From Planctomycetaceae bacterium (GTDB lineage Bacteria; Planctomycetota; Planctomycetia; Pirellulales; UBA1268): DNA of 64,000 nt. The position numbers and the translations under genes are program-made. Shown here piece after piece: positions 9,605 through 19,460 of the stretch (within the stretch, counting starts at the first letter, position 1; each line of letters opens with the position of its first letter). The notes beneath the pieces are model-generated. The model ran no database searches and was not told the DNA's origin. It worked only from the letters and a program-made list of their open reading frames with translations. Where the stretch lies: positions 6,367 to 70,366 of the forward strand of contig JAJTED010000019.1 in NCBI GenBank assembly GCA_021300535.1, read 5' to 3'.

Positions 9605-10507
9605 ATGACTGTGGACGTCACGTCTCCGAAAGGAACCGCCGTGCGGCATGTCGTTGCGAGTTGCGTGATCGCCAGCCTGGCGCTGGCCGCGGTGGCGGCC
9701 GAGCCGGCCGCCGGGCCGCGGAGTCCGCAGGAGGTGATGGGCGAGCGCGGATTCGTCCGGCACCGCGGCGCGTGGCGGACGGTGCAGGAGATCGAGCTCA
9801 TCGAGCGGGCCGAGCGGGCGAACCTCGGCCGCAAGGAATGGGTCACCCGCCTCGAGCGGCTGCGGCGTCAGCTCGACCAGCCGGCGGCGGCCGACCGCGC
9901 CGCGGAGGAGATCCGGGGCATCGCCGATGCGGCGGCGGTGCCGGCGGTCGTGGCGGCGCTGGGCAAGGAGCCGGTGCCGCGGGTCCGTGGCTGGTACGTG
10001 GAGGCGCTGGCGCGGATCCGCTCGCCCGACGCCGTGGCGGCCCTCATTTCGGCCGCGGTCGATCATCCGGATGATGACACGCGGATTCTGGCGACCGACC
10101 GGCTCGTGTTGATCGGGCCGCACGCCGCGGTGCCGCCGCTGGTGGCGGCGCTGCATGGACCCGACAACGCCCGCGTCAACCGGGCCGCCGCGGCGCTCGG
10201 TCGGCTCGGCGTGCCCACGGTGGCGGCGCCGCTCATCGATGCACTGCAGACGAAGCATGTGGTCGTGCAGGGGGGCGGCAGCGGCGAGGGCGCGATGACC
10301 GCCGGCTTCACGCCGGACGGCGGCGGGCTCTCCATGGGAGGCGGCCCGAAGAAGGGAACCGTGGTCGCCAACAACGCCCGCGTGCTCGAGGCGCTGATCG
10401 CGCTGACGGGCAAGAACTTCGAATGGGACGCCGCGGCCTGGCGGACGTGGCTCGCTTCCACGCAGTCGCCCCCGCCTGGCTACGACCCGCGCCGCGGCGG
10501 CCCGTGA
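9605..10507 (+). CDS. HEAT-repeat protein with signal peptide
   Basis: Signal-like VIASLALAAVAA, followed by repeated AVPALV.AL....VR..A..AL HEAT/PBS-lyase-type repeats. The ORF track starts earlier (9515). Confidence 0.6.
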   Translation: MTVDVTSPKGTAVRHVVASCVIASLALAAVAAEPAAGPRSPQEVMGERGFVRHRGAWRTVQEIELIERAERANLGRKEWVTRLERLRRQLDQPAAADRAAEEIRGIADAAAVPAVVAALGKEPVPRVRGWYVEALARIRSPDAVAALISAAVDHPDDDTRILATDRLVLIGPHAAVPPLVAALHGPDNARVNRAAAALGRLGVPTVAAPLIDALQTKHVVVQGGGSGEGAMTAGFTPDGGGLSMGGGPKKGTVVANNARVLEALIALTGKNFEWDAAAWRTWLASTQSPPPGYDPRRGGP

Positions 10508-10589
10508 CAGCCTGGGCGGGACGTGGGCCTGGGCGGGATGCGGCCGCCTGCGCGGGGCCGTCGTCCGGGCGGGCATCAACGCATGGCGA

Positions 10590-11138
10590 TCATGAGGCCG
10601 GCGTCAGCAACGCGTCATCGACCGCCACCTGCGGATCGGCAAGTTGGAAGTACGTCCACCGCCCTTCGGGGTCGGGGAACTCGGTGAGCGTCAGCGTGAA
10701 GGCTCCCTCTGTCCGCGTTGTCGAGCTATCCGCCTTGTCGAGGTCGGCCTGGATTCGGCAGGCGGTGCCGTCGGGGCGGACACTCGTGTCGTCCGGCACG
10801 AGTGCGGCGGTGGCCGGCAACAGAACCAGCCTCTTCAGGTCGTTCAGCGCCGAGGTGGATCCGGAACGCGAATCGCGGACCGGCATGTCGGCCAGCCACG
10901 GCTCACTGCCGTCGGCCATGGACACTCGCGGCTCGGCCCAGTCCGCTTGATCGTAGGCGATCCCATCGCCGCCGGTGATGGCCATGCCGTCCTTGGCCAG
11001 GAGGAAATCCATCGTCCGCCGCGTGGCGGTCAGGAGTCTGGGGTTGGGGTCGAGCCGGTACAGGTGCAGCTGCGTCTGGCAATGGCCCAGCACCGTCGAG
11101 TGGGCGAGTCGATGAACCACACGGCTTGTTGGCCACAC
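10590..11138 (-). CDS. hypothetical protein, possibly an NPCBM-like fragment
   Basis: The only recognisable piece is [17 protein letters not shown], which resembles the DxADWA end of NPCBM-type domains. It has a GTG start and no signal peptide, and it may be a remnant. Confidence 0.3.
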   Translation of the reverse strand: MWPTSRVVHRLAHSTVLGHCQTQLHLYRLDPNPRLLTATRRTMDFLLAKDGMAITGGDGIAYDQADWAEPRVSMADGSEPWLADMPVRDSRSGSTSALNDLKRLVLLPATAALVPDDTSVRPDGTACRIQADLDKADSSTTRTEGAFTLTLTEFPDPEGRWTYFQLADPQVAVDDALLTPAS

Positions 11139-11198
11139 GGGCCGAGGCTATGTTGCCCGCCAGCAAATCCCTCCTGGCTCCGAGGATCACCGTCACCC

Positions 11199-12146
11199 AT
11201 GGCCGCCCCCACCGCCGCCAGACGCCCCGCGCCGATCCGCGGCATCCTCACGCCTCACATGGTGCCGCTCGATGGCCACGGCAGGATCAACGAGGCCGAG
11301 CTGCGGCGGTACGTCGAGTGGCTGATTGCCAAGGGTGTCCACGGACTCTATCCGAACGGCTCGACCGGCGAGTTCACCCGGTTTTCCGTCGAGGAGCGGC
11401 GGCGGATCATCAAGATCGTCTGCGAACAGGCCGCCGGCCGCGTCCCCGTCCTCGCCGGCGCCGCCGAGGCCGACGTCCGCGCGACGATCGCGGCCTGCGA
11501 GGCCTACCACGACTACGGCGCCCGGGCCGTCGCCATCGTGTCGCCGTTCTACTACCGGCTGTCTCCGGCGAGCGTCTACGCCTACTTTCGCGAGATCGCA
11601 CTCCACAGCCCGATCGACGTCACGCTCTACAACATTCCGATGTTCGCCAGCCCGATCGACCTCCCCACGATTCGCCGGCTGGCGGAGCTGGAGCGGATCG
11701 TGGGCATCAAGGACTCCTCCGGCGACCTACCGCAGATGATGCGGATGATCCAGGCGATCCGTCCCCTCCGGCCCGACTTCGCATTCCTCACCGGCTGGGA
11801 GCTGGTGCTCGTGCCCATGCTCCTGGCGGGCTGCGACGGCGGCACCCATGCCTCCAGCGGAGTCGTGCCGGAATTGACGAAGCAGATCTATGACCTGACC
11901 GTGGCCGGCGACGTCGCCGAGGCCTTCCGGCTTCAGTACCGTCTCCTCGACCTCTTCGACCCGATCTTCGCGGCCGGCGACTTTCCCGAGGGCTTCCGGC
12001 TCGCGGCCGGACTGCGCGGTTTCGACTTCGGCCAGGGACGCCAGCCGCTCATGCCCGAGCAGCGGGAGCAGCTGGAGGCCGCCGGGCGGGAGATCGGCCG
12101 CCAGCTGGCCGCGGCGGGGTATGCACGAGAGCCTGCCGACCGCTGA
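11199..12146 (+). CDS. dihydrodipicolinate synthase family (DapA-like class I aldolase) protein
   Basis: Shows [11 protein letters not shown] and GIKDSSGD (Schiff-base Lys). At 315 aa its length is typical. The long upstream part of ORF 10644..12146 is non-coding-like. Confidence 0.8.
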   Translation: MAAPTAARRPAPIRGILTPHMVPLDGHGRINEAELRRYVEWLIAKGVHGLYPNGSTGEFTRFSVEERRRIIKIVCEQAAGRVPVLAGAAEADVRATIAACEAYHDYGARAVAIVSPFYYRLSPASVYAYFREIALHSPIDVTLYNIPMFASPIDLPTIRRLAELERIVGIKDSSGDLPQMMRMIQAIRPLRPDFAFLTGWELVLVPMLLAGCDGGTHASSGVVPELTKQIYDLTVAGDVAEAFRLQYRLLDLFDPIFAAGDFPEGFRLAAGLRGFDFGQGRQPLMPEQREQLEAAGREIGRQLAAAGYAREPADR

Positions 12147-12211
12147 CGGCGGACAGCCAACCGGGTCGGGCGGATCCGCGGGTGAGGGGCGCCATCGAGG
12201 AGCGAATGCGT

Positions 12212-13036
12212 TCACGCCCCGGTGATCGGCCGCGACGCGTAGGGCTCGCGGCCCACGAGCAGGCTCGTCATGCCCAGGTCGGCGAGGAGGTTCGCGCCGG
12301 TGAAGGCCCGGGCGGCGTCGGAGAGGAGAAACACCGCCGCGTCGGCGATCTCTTCCGGCTCGATCAGTCGGCGGCCGGGAATCTGCGACCACCAATAGTC
12401 GAGGCAGGCCTGCTCGCTCGGCGCGGCCGCGACGACATGCTGCCAGATCGCCGTCCGGCACAGTCCCGGCGACAGCAGGTTGATCCGCACGCCGTGCGGG
12501 GCGAGCTCCACGGCAGCGGCCTTCGTGAAGCCGACCATGCCGTGCTTCGCCGCATCGTAGGGCGCGGCCCCGGCCACCGCGGCGATGGTGTGCACGCTCG
12601 CGATCTGCACGATCGCGCCACCGGCAGGTCGCTGGGCCACCATCCGCCGGGCCACGAACTGGGTGAGGAAGAAGGCGGCCTTGAGGTCGACGTCGATGAC
12701 GCGGTCCCATTCCTCCTCGGTCACTTCCAGCACCGGCTTCACGAAATTGACGCCCGCGTTGTTGACGAGACCGTCGATGCGGCCAAACCTGGAAACCGTG
12801 GCCGTGCACAGCCGCTCGAGATCCTCGAGGCGGGAGACGTCGGTCGGCACGCTCACCGCCTCGCCGCCGGCACCCGCGATCGCAGCCGCCGCCGCCTCCA
12901 CCTCCGCCGCGTCGCGGTCGGCGAGCACCACCTTCGCGCCGCTGGCGGCGCATCCCAGCGCGATCGCCCTGCCCAGACCCCGCGCGGCTCCGGTGATGAT
13001 GACGACGCGACTGGCGAGCAGCGGTGCAGCGGTCAT
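12212..13036 (-). CDS. SDR family oxidoreductase
   Basis: Shows TGAARGLG (TGxxxGxG), NNAG and the YxxxK (YDAAK) catalytic motif. Confidence 0.85.
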   Translation of the reverse strand: MTAAPLLASRVVIITGAARGLGRAIALGCAASGAKVVLADRDAAEVEAAAAAIAGAGGEAVSVPTDVSRLEDLERLCTATVSRFGRIDGLVNNAGVNFVKPVLEVTEEEWDRVIDVDLKAAFFLTQFVARRMVAQRPAGGAIVQIASVHTIAAVAGAAPYDAAKHGMVGFTKAAAVELAPHGVRINLLSPGLCRTAIWQHVVAAAPSEQACLDYWWSQIPGRRLIEPEEIADAAVFLLSDAARAFTGANLLADLGMTSLLVGREPYASRPITGA

Positions 13037-13242
13037 GGTGAACTCCCTTCACCCGTGTGCGAACGCCATCCGCCGGAGCGCTGCGACGCTTGATGCGGGC
13101 CGACACGGACACGATACCACGATTCGTCCGTTCGTCGCATTCGCAACGCCGCGAGGAACTCAATGCACCAGGTCGTGATCGTCGACGAGCTGGTGACCGA
13201 GCGGGCGGCGTTGCCCGGTCTGGCCACGGTCGAGGGAGCGGC

Positions 13243-14224
13243 TCACGGGCTGAACCGGTGCACCATTGTGTGCCGGTAGGTTTGGCCCGGATCGAGCCGC
13301 ACGCTCGGCCAGTCGGCGTGGTGGATGGAGTCGGGGTATTTCTGCGTTTCCAGGCAGAGTGCGGCGTTGGCCTTGTAGGCCGTCCCCCCTTTCCCGACGA
13401 GCGTGGGCCGGTCCGCAGCGGCCCAGGGGCTGCCGCTCGGGGCGGAAGTCGAAGGGCGTGCCCGCCACGGAAGCGATCGTCCCCGTGGGCGTGCCCGTCG
13501 CATCGACCGCCAGGTAGCGGTCGGCGGAGACCGCCAGTTCGTGATCGGCGATCGAGCCCGACGCATGGCCGGCCAGGTTCCAATAGGAATGGTGGGCGAG
13601 GTTGACGATCGTCGGGGCGTCGGTCGTGGCCGTCATCTCCACGTGCAGTTCGCCCGCCGGCGTGAGCGTGTAGACGACCCGGGCCACGAGTTGGCCTGGA
13701 TAGCCCTCCTCGCCGGCGGGCGAGACGAGCTCGAACTCCACGGCCGGACCCTTGTCGGTCGCCCGTGGCGTGGCCTTCCAGAGTTTCTGGTCGAAGCCGG
13801 CAACGCCGCCGTGGAGGTGGTTGGGGCCGCTGTTGGTGGCGAGCGTGTAGGCCTTGCCGTCGAGCTCGAAGCGGCCGCCGGCGATGCGGTTGGCGCACCG
13901 GCCGCAGATGGCTCCGAAATACGGGGAGTTCTTCAGGTAGCCGGCGAGCGAGTCGAAGCCGAGGACGACATCGGTCGGCTTGCCCGGCGTTCCCGGCTTC
14001 GGCGGCACGAGAAAGGTCGTGAGGATCGCTCCGTAGTCGGTCAGCGTGGCCTGCCATCCGCCCGGCGCTGCGAGCGTGTAGAGCCGGGCCGCGCGGCCGT
14101 CGGGGAGCTTTCCGAAGGTCTGCACGGCAGGGACGGCAGGCACGGCGATTTCCTGGGATCGGGCCGCAACGCCCGCCCCGAGGGCGAAGACAGCGGTGGC
14201 AAGGAAAAAGGAGCGATGGATCAT
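13243..14224 (-). pseudogene. galM: aldose 1-epimerase (galactose mutarotase), frame-broken and lacking about 50 conserved codons
   Basis: The N-terminal frame has a signal peptide, GFDSL, NHLHGG and TPFDFR (about 13443). The C-terminal frame (ORF 13243..13566) has LVGKGGTAYKANAALCLETQKYPDS...PGQTY. Only 84 nt separate FDFR from LCLETQ, and the GGYDHNF/PG.QFYTGN region is missing. Confidence 0.75.
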
Positions 14225-14325
14225 CGTTTCTCCGCGGCTGCAATCCGCAGGAACATAGCCCCGCCAAGGACACTTCCGCAACGCATCGCCCGGCCACCGG
14301 GCGAACCTCGCCCGCAGGGAATGGA

Positions 14326-15687
14326 TCACCCGCCTCGAGCGGCGGCGGCGCCGGCAGCGGGGCGGCGGCGCTGCGGGAACCAGTGGGCGTCGAGCACGAG
14401 CATCGCCACCCGGTTCTCGAGGTTGGGGCGGAACACCACGAGCAGCAGCACGGGCAGGTACCAGGCCATGTACAGGCCGCCGTTGTGGGCCTTCCAGAAC
14501 TGGCTGCCGAGCAGGACGGCGGCCGAGCAGCTCATCAACGTGCCGAGGTTCTTCGGGGCCGGCCAGATCGCCAGGGTGGCGATCAGGGCGACGAAGGCCG
14601 CCAGCACCGGGAGCCGGAAGACGGCGTCATAACCGGGCAGGGCCCAGAAGCCCTCCAGCGAAACCTTGTTGGGCAGAATCCAGCCGAACATCTGCCGCAA
14701 CTGCCCCACGAACACGGCCGCGTCGGGTGAGGTGAACCACAGGCCGACCACCAGCGCGGCCAACGCCGCCGCGACGCCCAACGCGAAGCGGCGCACGCCG
14801 CGTTCCCAGTAGAAGCTGCACCACAGCGGCAGCAGGAAGACGGGATAATAGATCGCCCCGATCGCCAAACCGATCAGGGCTCCCGCCATGAATGGACGCC
14901 GATAGGCCGCGACGGCCCACACGAGCAGCGCGCCGGGCAACGCGTGATCGACGCGGCCGGTCATCGTGGCGGTGTAAGGAAGGAGCAGGTACAGCACCGC
15001 GGCCGCGATGCCCATCCGCACGCTCTCGAAGTGCCGCCAGCCGATCAGCACCATGCCCGCGACGATCGCCAGCTGCGAGACGATCGCCATCACGCGGGCG
15101 GTCGTCTCGTGCACCTGGCGACGGCCCGTGCCGCCCGATTCGTCGCCGCCGGTCGGATCGGGCGTGAACAGCCGCTGGGTGGAGATCTGCGGCAAGAGGA
15201 AGAGGAGCGGGTAGCCGGGGCCCTGGCGGGCGAGCTGGTCGGCGTCGACGCCCCCCTCCCGCGCCTGGAGCTTCTCCGCGGCGGCCGCGACGGCCACGTC
15301 GTCGGCCTGCGGCCGCTTCGTGATCACGTTGGCCAGCAGGAACACCAACAGCGCGACGCCGAGGAACACCAGCCCGCCGGTCGTGAGGTTCGGCTCCAGG
15401 AGCGGCCGGCGGACCATCATCGAGTCGCAGAGCATCCGCGCCAGGAACAGCCCGGTCACGGCGAACAGCCAGATGAAGCCGATCTCCTGGGAGTCGGCGT
15501 TGCCACGCCGCAGGCCGTGTTCCACGGCCAGCAGGCCGGGTGCCAGGAGGATGAGGGCCACGAGGTCGAGATTCCGCACGCTCAACACGCGGTTGAACTT
15601 GAAGAACAGCGCGAGCGACAGCAGCGACGCCAGATAGAACCACGACGTGGGATTCACGCCGTAGTAATGGAAGAGGATGTCGCTCAT
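14326..15687 (-). CDS. hypothetical polytopic membrane protein
   Basis: About 10 hydrophobic helices across 453 aa, with coherent non-Arg-rich composition. I recognised no family. Confidence 0.6.
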   Translation of the reverse strand: MSDILFHYYGVNPTSWFYLASLLSLALFFKFNRVLSVRNLDLVALILLAPGLLAVEHGLRRGNADSQEIGFIWLFAVTGLFLARMLCDSMMVRRPLLEPNLTTGGLVFLGVALLVFLLANVITKRPQADDVAVAAAAEKLQAREGGVDADQLARQGPGYPLLFLLPQISTQRLFTPDPTGGDESGGTGRRQVHETTARVMAIVSQLAIVAGMVLIGWRHFESVRMGIAAAVLYLLLPYTATMTGRVDHALPGALLVWAVAAYRRPFMAGALIGLAIGAIYYPVFLLPLWCSFYWERGVRRFALGVAAALAALVVGLWFTSPDAAVFVGQLRQMFGWILPNKVSLEGFWALPGYDAVFRLPVLAAFVALIATLAIWPAPKNLGTLMSCSAAVLLGSQFWKAHNGGLYMAWYLPVLLLVVFRPNLENRVAMLVLDAHWFPQRRRPAAGAAAARGG

Positions 15688-15763
15688 GGGCGGGCAGGCA
15701 TGGGGACGGTGGCGAACACCCGTTCACACAGGGTACGCCCTGGCCGTGGCGTTGCAAACTCGC

Positions 15764-17602
15764 TCACCGAAAGGGCCAGAGAAGCGGTGCCAGGGCGACG
15801 GTGAGGGCCATGACGAGCAGGTTGAGCGGTCCGCCGAACCGCACGTAGTCGCTGAACTTGTAGCCGCCCGGGCCGTAGATCATGAGGTTCGTCTGGTAGC
15901 CCATCGGCGTGGCGAAGCCGCAGCTGGCGGCCACGGTGATGGCCATCACGAACGGCAGCGGGTTGACGTCGAGATCGGCCGCCGTCTGCCAGGCGATGGG
16001 GAAGGTGAGCACCGCCGCGGCGTTGTTGCTCATCAGTTCCGTGAACAGCATCGCGACCAGGTACAGCGCCGCCAGGACGAGGTGCGGGTGGTCGCCGGCG
16101 GCGGCGATCGTCGACTCGGCGACGGCGGCGGCGAGGCCCGTCTTCTCCATCGCCCGGGCGAGCCCGAAGCTGGCGGCGATCAGCAGCAGCGACTCCCACT
16201 CGATGCTTCGCCGGGCCTCCGTGGACGAGATGCAGCCCGTGGCGACCACGCCGCAGGCGGCCACCAGGGCGGCGGCCACCATCGGCACGAGATCGAGCGC
16301 CGCGGCCAGTACCATGGCGGCCAGGATCGTGCAGGCGATCCAGGCCCGGTCGTGCCGCGGGGCGACGGCATCGCTGATCTCGCTGACGAGGTAGAAGTGG
16401 CGGCTCGACCGCTGCCGATCGAGGAAGGCCGGCCCGGCCTCCAGCAGGAGCGTGTCGCCCGGCTCGAGGGCGATGTCGCCGATCTTCATCTGCAGCCGCT
16501 CGCCGTTGCGGGCCACGGCGATGACGACGGCGCCATAGGTCGAGCGGAACCGGCCCTCGCGGATCGTGCGGCCCACCAGCGGGCAGGTGTTCGACACGAC
16601 CGCCTCCACCAGCCGCCGCTCGCTGCGGGGATCGTCGAGCTTGAAGACCTGGTCGGTGGCGGGCCGCAGGCCGCGGATCTTTTGCAGCTCGACGACCGAG
16701 TCGATCACGCCCACGAACACGAGCCGGTCGCCGGCCTCGAGCCGCTCCGTCGGCGCGACGGCCGCCATCACGTGGCCGCCGCGGTCGATCTCCATCAGGA
16801 ACAGGTTGTCGAGATGCCGCAGGCCGGCCTCCTCGATGGACCGGCCTACCAGCGGGCTGCCGGGCTCGACGAGCATCTCCAGGGAGTACTGCCGCGGGTC
16901 GTCGCTCGGACTCATCGGCGGCCGGCGGTCCTTGAGCAGCCAGCGGCTGGCCACGAGCAGGTAGGCCAACCCGGCTCCGAGCAGGGCCAGGCCCAGCGGC
17001 GTGATGTCGAACATCCCCAGCGGCACGCCGCGCTTGTCCTCGACGAGGCCGCTGACCACGACGTTGGTGCTGGTGCCGATGAGCGTGCACAGGCCGCCGA
17101 GCACGACCGCGGCGTTCATCGGCATGAGCAGTTTCGAGACCGAGAGCCGGTGCTTCTTCGCCCAGTCACGGATGGCGGGCACCATCAGGGCCACGACGGG
17201 CGTGTTGTTCATGAAGGCCGACAGCAGGCTCGGGCCGACCATCGTCCGCACCTGGGCGGCGGCCAGCGACTGGGGCCGTCCCAGAGCCCGGTCCACCAGC
17301 ACCGCCAGGGCGCCGGTCCGCTCCACGGCCGCCGCCACCACGAACAGCGCGGCGACGGTGATCATGCCCTCGTTGCTCATCCCCTTGAGGGCCTCGTCGG
17401 GGGCGATCACGCCGGCGGCCAGCAGGAGCACGACGCCGCCGATCATCACCATGTCGGGGGCCCGTTGCACGAACAACAGCAGGCCGAGCGTCACGAGCAC
17501 GACGAGCCCGGTGAAGGCCGCCGGCCAGTTGCCGCGAAGGGCGTCGATGAGCGAAGCAAGATCCATGCGCGGCTCGGGAGGCGCGGCCAGGGCGGCGGCC
17601 AT
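15764..17602 (-). CDS. SLC13/DASS family permease with two central TrkA-C (RCK_C) domains
   Basis: Permease halves (FMNNTPVVALMVP, GYQTNLMIYGPGGY) flank two RCK_C-like segments (LVEPGSPLVGRSIEEAGL..., VVSNTCPLVGRTIREGRF...). The start is at 17602 or 17566. Confidence 0.8.
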   Translation of the reverse strand: MAAALAAPPEPRMDLASLIDALRGNWPAAFTGLVVLVTLGLLLFVQRAPDMVMIGGVVLLLAAGVIAPDEALKGMSNEGMITVAALFVVAAAVERTGALAVLVDRALGRPQSLAAAQVRTMVGPSLLSAFMNNTPVVALMVPAIRDWAKKHRLSVSKLLMPMNAAVVLGGLCTLIGTSTNVVVSGLVEDKRGVPLGMFDITPLGLALLGAGLAYLLVASRWLLKDRRPPMSPSDDPRQYSLEMLVEPGSPLVGRSIEEAGLRHLDNLFLMEIDRGGHVMAAVAPTERLEAGDRLVFVGVIDSVVELQKIRGLRPATDQVFKLDDPRSERRLVEAVVSNTCPLVGRTIREGRFRSTYGAVVIAVARNGERLQMKIGDIALEPGDTLLLEAGPAFLDRQRSSRHFYLVSEISDAVAPRHDRAWIACTILAAMVLAAALDLVPMVAAALVAACGVVATGCISSTEARRSIEWESLLLIAASFGLARAMEKTGLAAAVAESTIAAAGDHPHLVLAALYLVAMLFTELMSNNAAAVLTFPIAWQTAADLDVNPLPFVMAITVAASCGFATPMGYQTNLMIYGPGGYKFSDYVRFGGPLNLLVMALTVALAPLLWPFR

Positions 17603-17711
17603 GGTCGGGAAAACCGGGAATTTCACAGCCCGACGGCGGGGCCGCAAGGGCAAAACCGCCGCCGCGTGACGCGGCGGCGAAGACCGCGACGCGGCTGCGT
17701 ATAACAAGAGC

Positions 17712-18341
17712 ATGCCTGCGAACGATCCCCCACCCGTGCCGGCCAAGCAGCGATTCTCGGCCTATTACGCCGATCGGCCGCCGTGGGACATCGGCCGGCC
17801 GCAGTCGGCCTTCGTGGCGGCCGCCGCCGCGATCCGCGGCCGCGTGCTCGACCTCGGCTGCGGGACCGGTGACTTGGCGATCTGGCTGGCCGAGCAGGGG
17901 CGGATCGTGACCGGCGTCGACTTTCTCGCCGCACCGCTGGAGCAGGCGCGGGCCAAAGCCGCCGCGCGGGGCGTGGCGGTGAACTTCCTGGAGATGAACG
18001 CCCTGGCGGTGGGAGCGATTCCGGAGCGGTTCGACGCCGCCACCGACTGCGGACTCTTCCACACCTTCGACGACCCGGGGCGGTCGGCCTACGTGGCGGC
18101 TCTGGCGCAGCTGCTGGAGCCGGGCGCCCGGCTCTTCATCCTCTGCATGTCCGACAGCGAGCCGGGCACGCAGGGGCCGCGGCGGGTCTCGTCCGCGGAG
18201 ATCCATGCGGCGTTTCGCGAGGGCTGGACGGTGGAGTCGATCGCGCCGGCCGTGTTCGAGGTGGTGCCGGGGATCCCGGGAGCCGAGTTCAGCCCCAGCG
18301 GCGCCCGGGCGTGGTTCGCGACGATTCGGCGGACGGCGTGA
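17712..18341 (+). CDS. class I SAM-dependent methyltransferase
   Basis: VLDLGCGTGDLAIWLAE (motif I) followed by VTGVDF (acidic post-I residue). Typical length of ~200 aa. Confidence 0.75.
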   Translation: MPANDPPPVPAKQRFSAYYADRPPWDIGRPQSAFVAAAAAIRGRVLDLGCGTGDLAIWLAEQGRIVTGVDFLAAPLEQARAKAAARGVAVNFLEMNALAVGAIPERFDAATDCGLFHTFDDPGRSAYVAALAQLLEPGARLFILCMSDSEPGTQGPRRVSSAEIHAAFREGWTVESIAPAVFEVVPGIPGAEFSPSGARAWFATIRRTA

Positions 18342-18439
18342 GCGGGCGGTGCGGCTGCCGGATCGTTGAAGGCCCGTTTTCCGGCCGGGTAAACTTTTCG
18401 CCGGGGCAAGCGGCAGAACGTTCAAGAAGAGGTTCTCTT

Positions 18440-19435
18440 ATGCCGTGCACGCATCGGACGCGAGCGTGTCGTCCGTTCCGGGTTGTCACGATCGCGGCCT
18501 GCGGGTGCGTCGGCCTGGCCGTGTGCCTCGCGACGCCCGGGATCGCACCGGCGGTGATCATCGAGACGGTCACCGGCACCGGCAACACGACCGCTCCCAC
18601 TGACGATCCAGGATGGGCGAATGTCGGCGCGCTCGGCATCGGTACAGGCGTCTATCTCGGCAACGGCTGGGTGCTGACGGCCGCGCACGTCGGCGGCGGA
18701 AGCATCGTGCTCAATGGTGGCACGTACGCCATGCTGGCCGGCTCCGGCACCCGGCTGACCAACGGTGGCGCGTCGGGGAAAAGCACGTCGACGGACCTCT
18801 ATCTGTTTCGGCTGGCCACGACGCCCGCCGGGCTCGCCGGCGTTCCGATTGCCGTTGCGGCGACCGGATCGGCCGCGGCGGTGACGATGATCGGCGCTGG
18901 CCGGGACCGCGGGGAGTTTACGCAATGGAGCGTCAACACAAGCACCGGCACGAACCCTTGGGTCTGGACCGAGGTGTCCAGCGGTGGCAATTTTGCCGGG
19001 TACAAGACCCTCGAAAGCCGCACCATGCGCTGGGGCACGAACAGCGTGAGCGGCACCGGGATCTGGATCAACGCTGGCTTTGGGGATGCCAGGACAATGA
19101 TTACCGACTTCGACGACTTTTTTCCGTCCTCCACCGAAGCCCAGGCGGCGTCTGGCGATTCCGGTGGCGCGGTTTTCCACAAGAACGGTTCGACCTGGGA
19201 ACTCTCGGGATTGATGCTCGCGGTGGGCGGCTATTCCGGACAGCCGGATCCGGCGACCCACGCCGTGTTCGGCAACGTGACGTATGCCGCCGATCTTTCC
19301 TTCTACCGGCCGCAGATCATGGCGATCGTGCCGGAGCCGGCGGCGATCGTACTCGTCGTGACCGCGGCGGGCGGGCTGCTCGTGGCGCGATCGCTGCGCC
19401 GGCGTCGCGCGGCTGGGTCGGCCGACCAACCGTGA
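18440..19435 (+). CDS. trypsin-like serine protease with a PEP-CTERM sorting signal
   Basis: His (VLTAAHV), Asp (DLYLFRL) and Ser (SGDSGGAV) triad. The C-terminus is VPEP, then a hydrophobic helix, then RRRR. There is a signal peptide at the N-terminus. Confidence 0.7.
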   Translation: MPCTHRTRACRPFRVVTIAACGCVGLAVCLATPGIAPAVIIETVTGTGNTTAPTDDPGWANVGALGIGTGVYLGNGWVLTAAHVGGGSIVLNGGTYAMLAGSGTRLTNGGASGKSTSTDLYLFRLATTPAGLAGVPIAVAATGSAAAVTMIGAGRDRGEFTQWSVNTSTGTNPWVWTEVSSGGNFAGYKTLESRTMRWGTNSVSGTGIWINAGFGDARTMITDFDDFFPSSTEAQAASGDSGGAVFHKNGSTWELSGLMLAVGGYSGQPDPATHAVFGNVTYAADLSFYRPQIMAIVPEPAAIVLVVTAAGGLLVARSLRRRRAAGSADQP

Positions 19436-19460
19436 CGGCCACAAACGCCGCTGGGCCCCG

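Noticed and set aside
11727-14297. 856-aa minus-strand ORF spanning the DapA-like, SDR and galM regions. ORFs 15677..17704(+), 15684..17090(-), 34477..36096(-), 42816..44714(-) and 43601..45028(-) are of the same kind.
   Set aside because: All are Arg/Pro/Gly-rich alternative-frame or antisense ORFs overlapping genes with clear family motifs. None has recognisable motifs or plausible start contexts.
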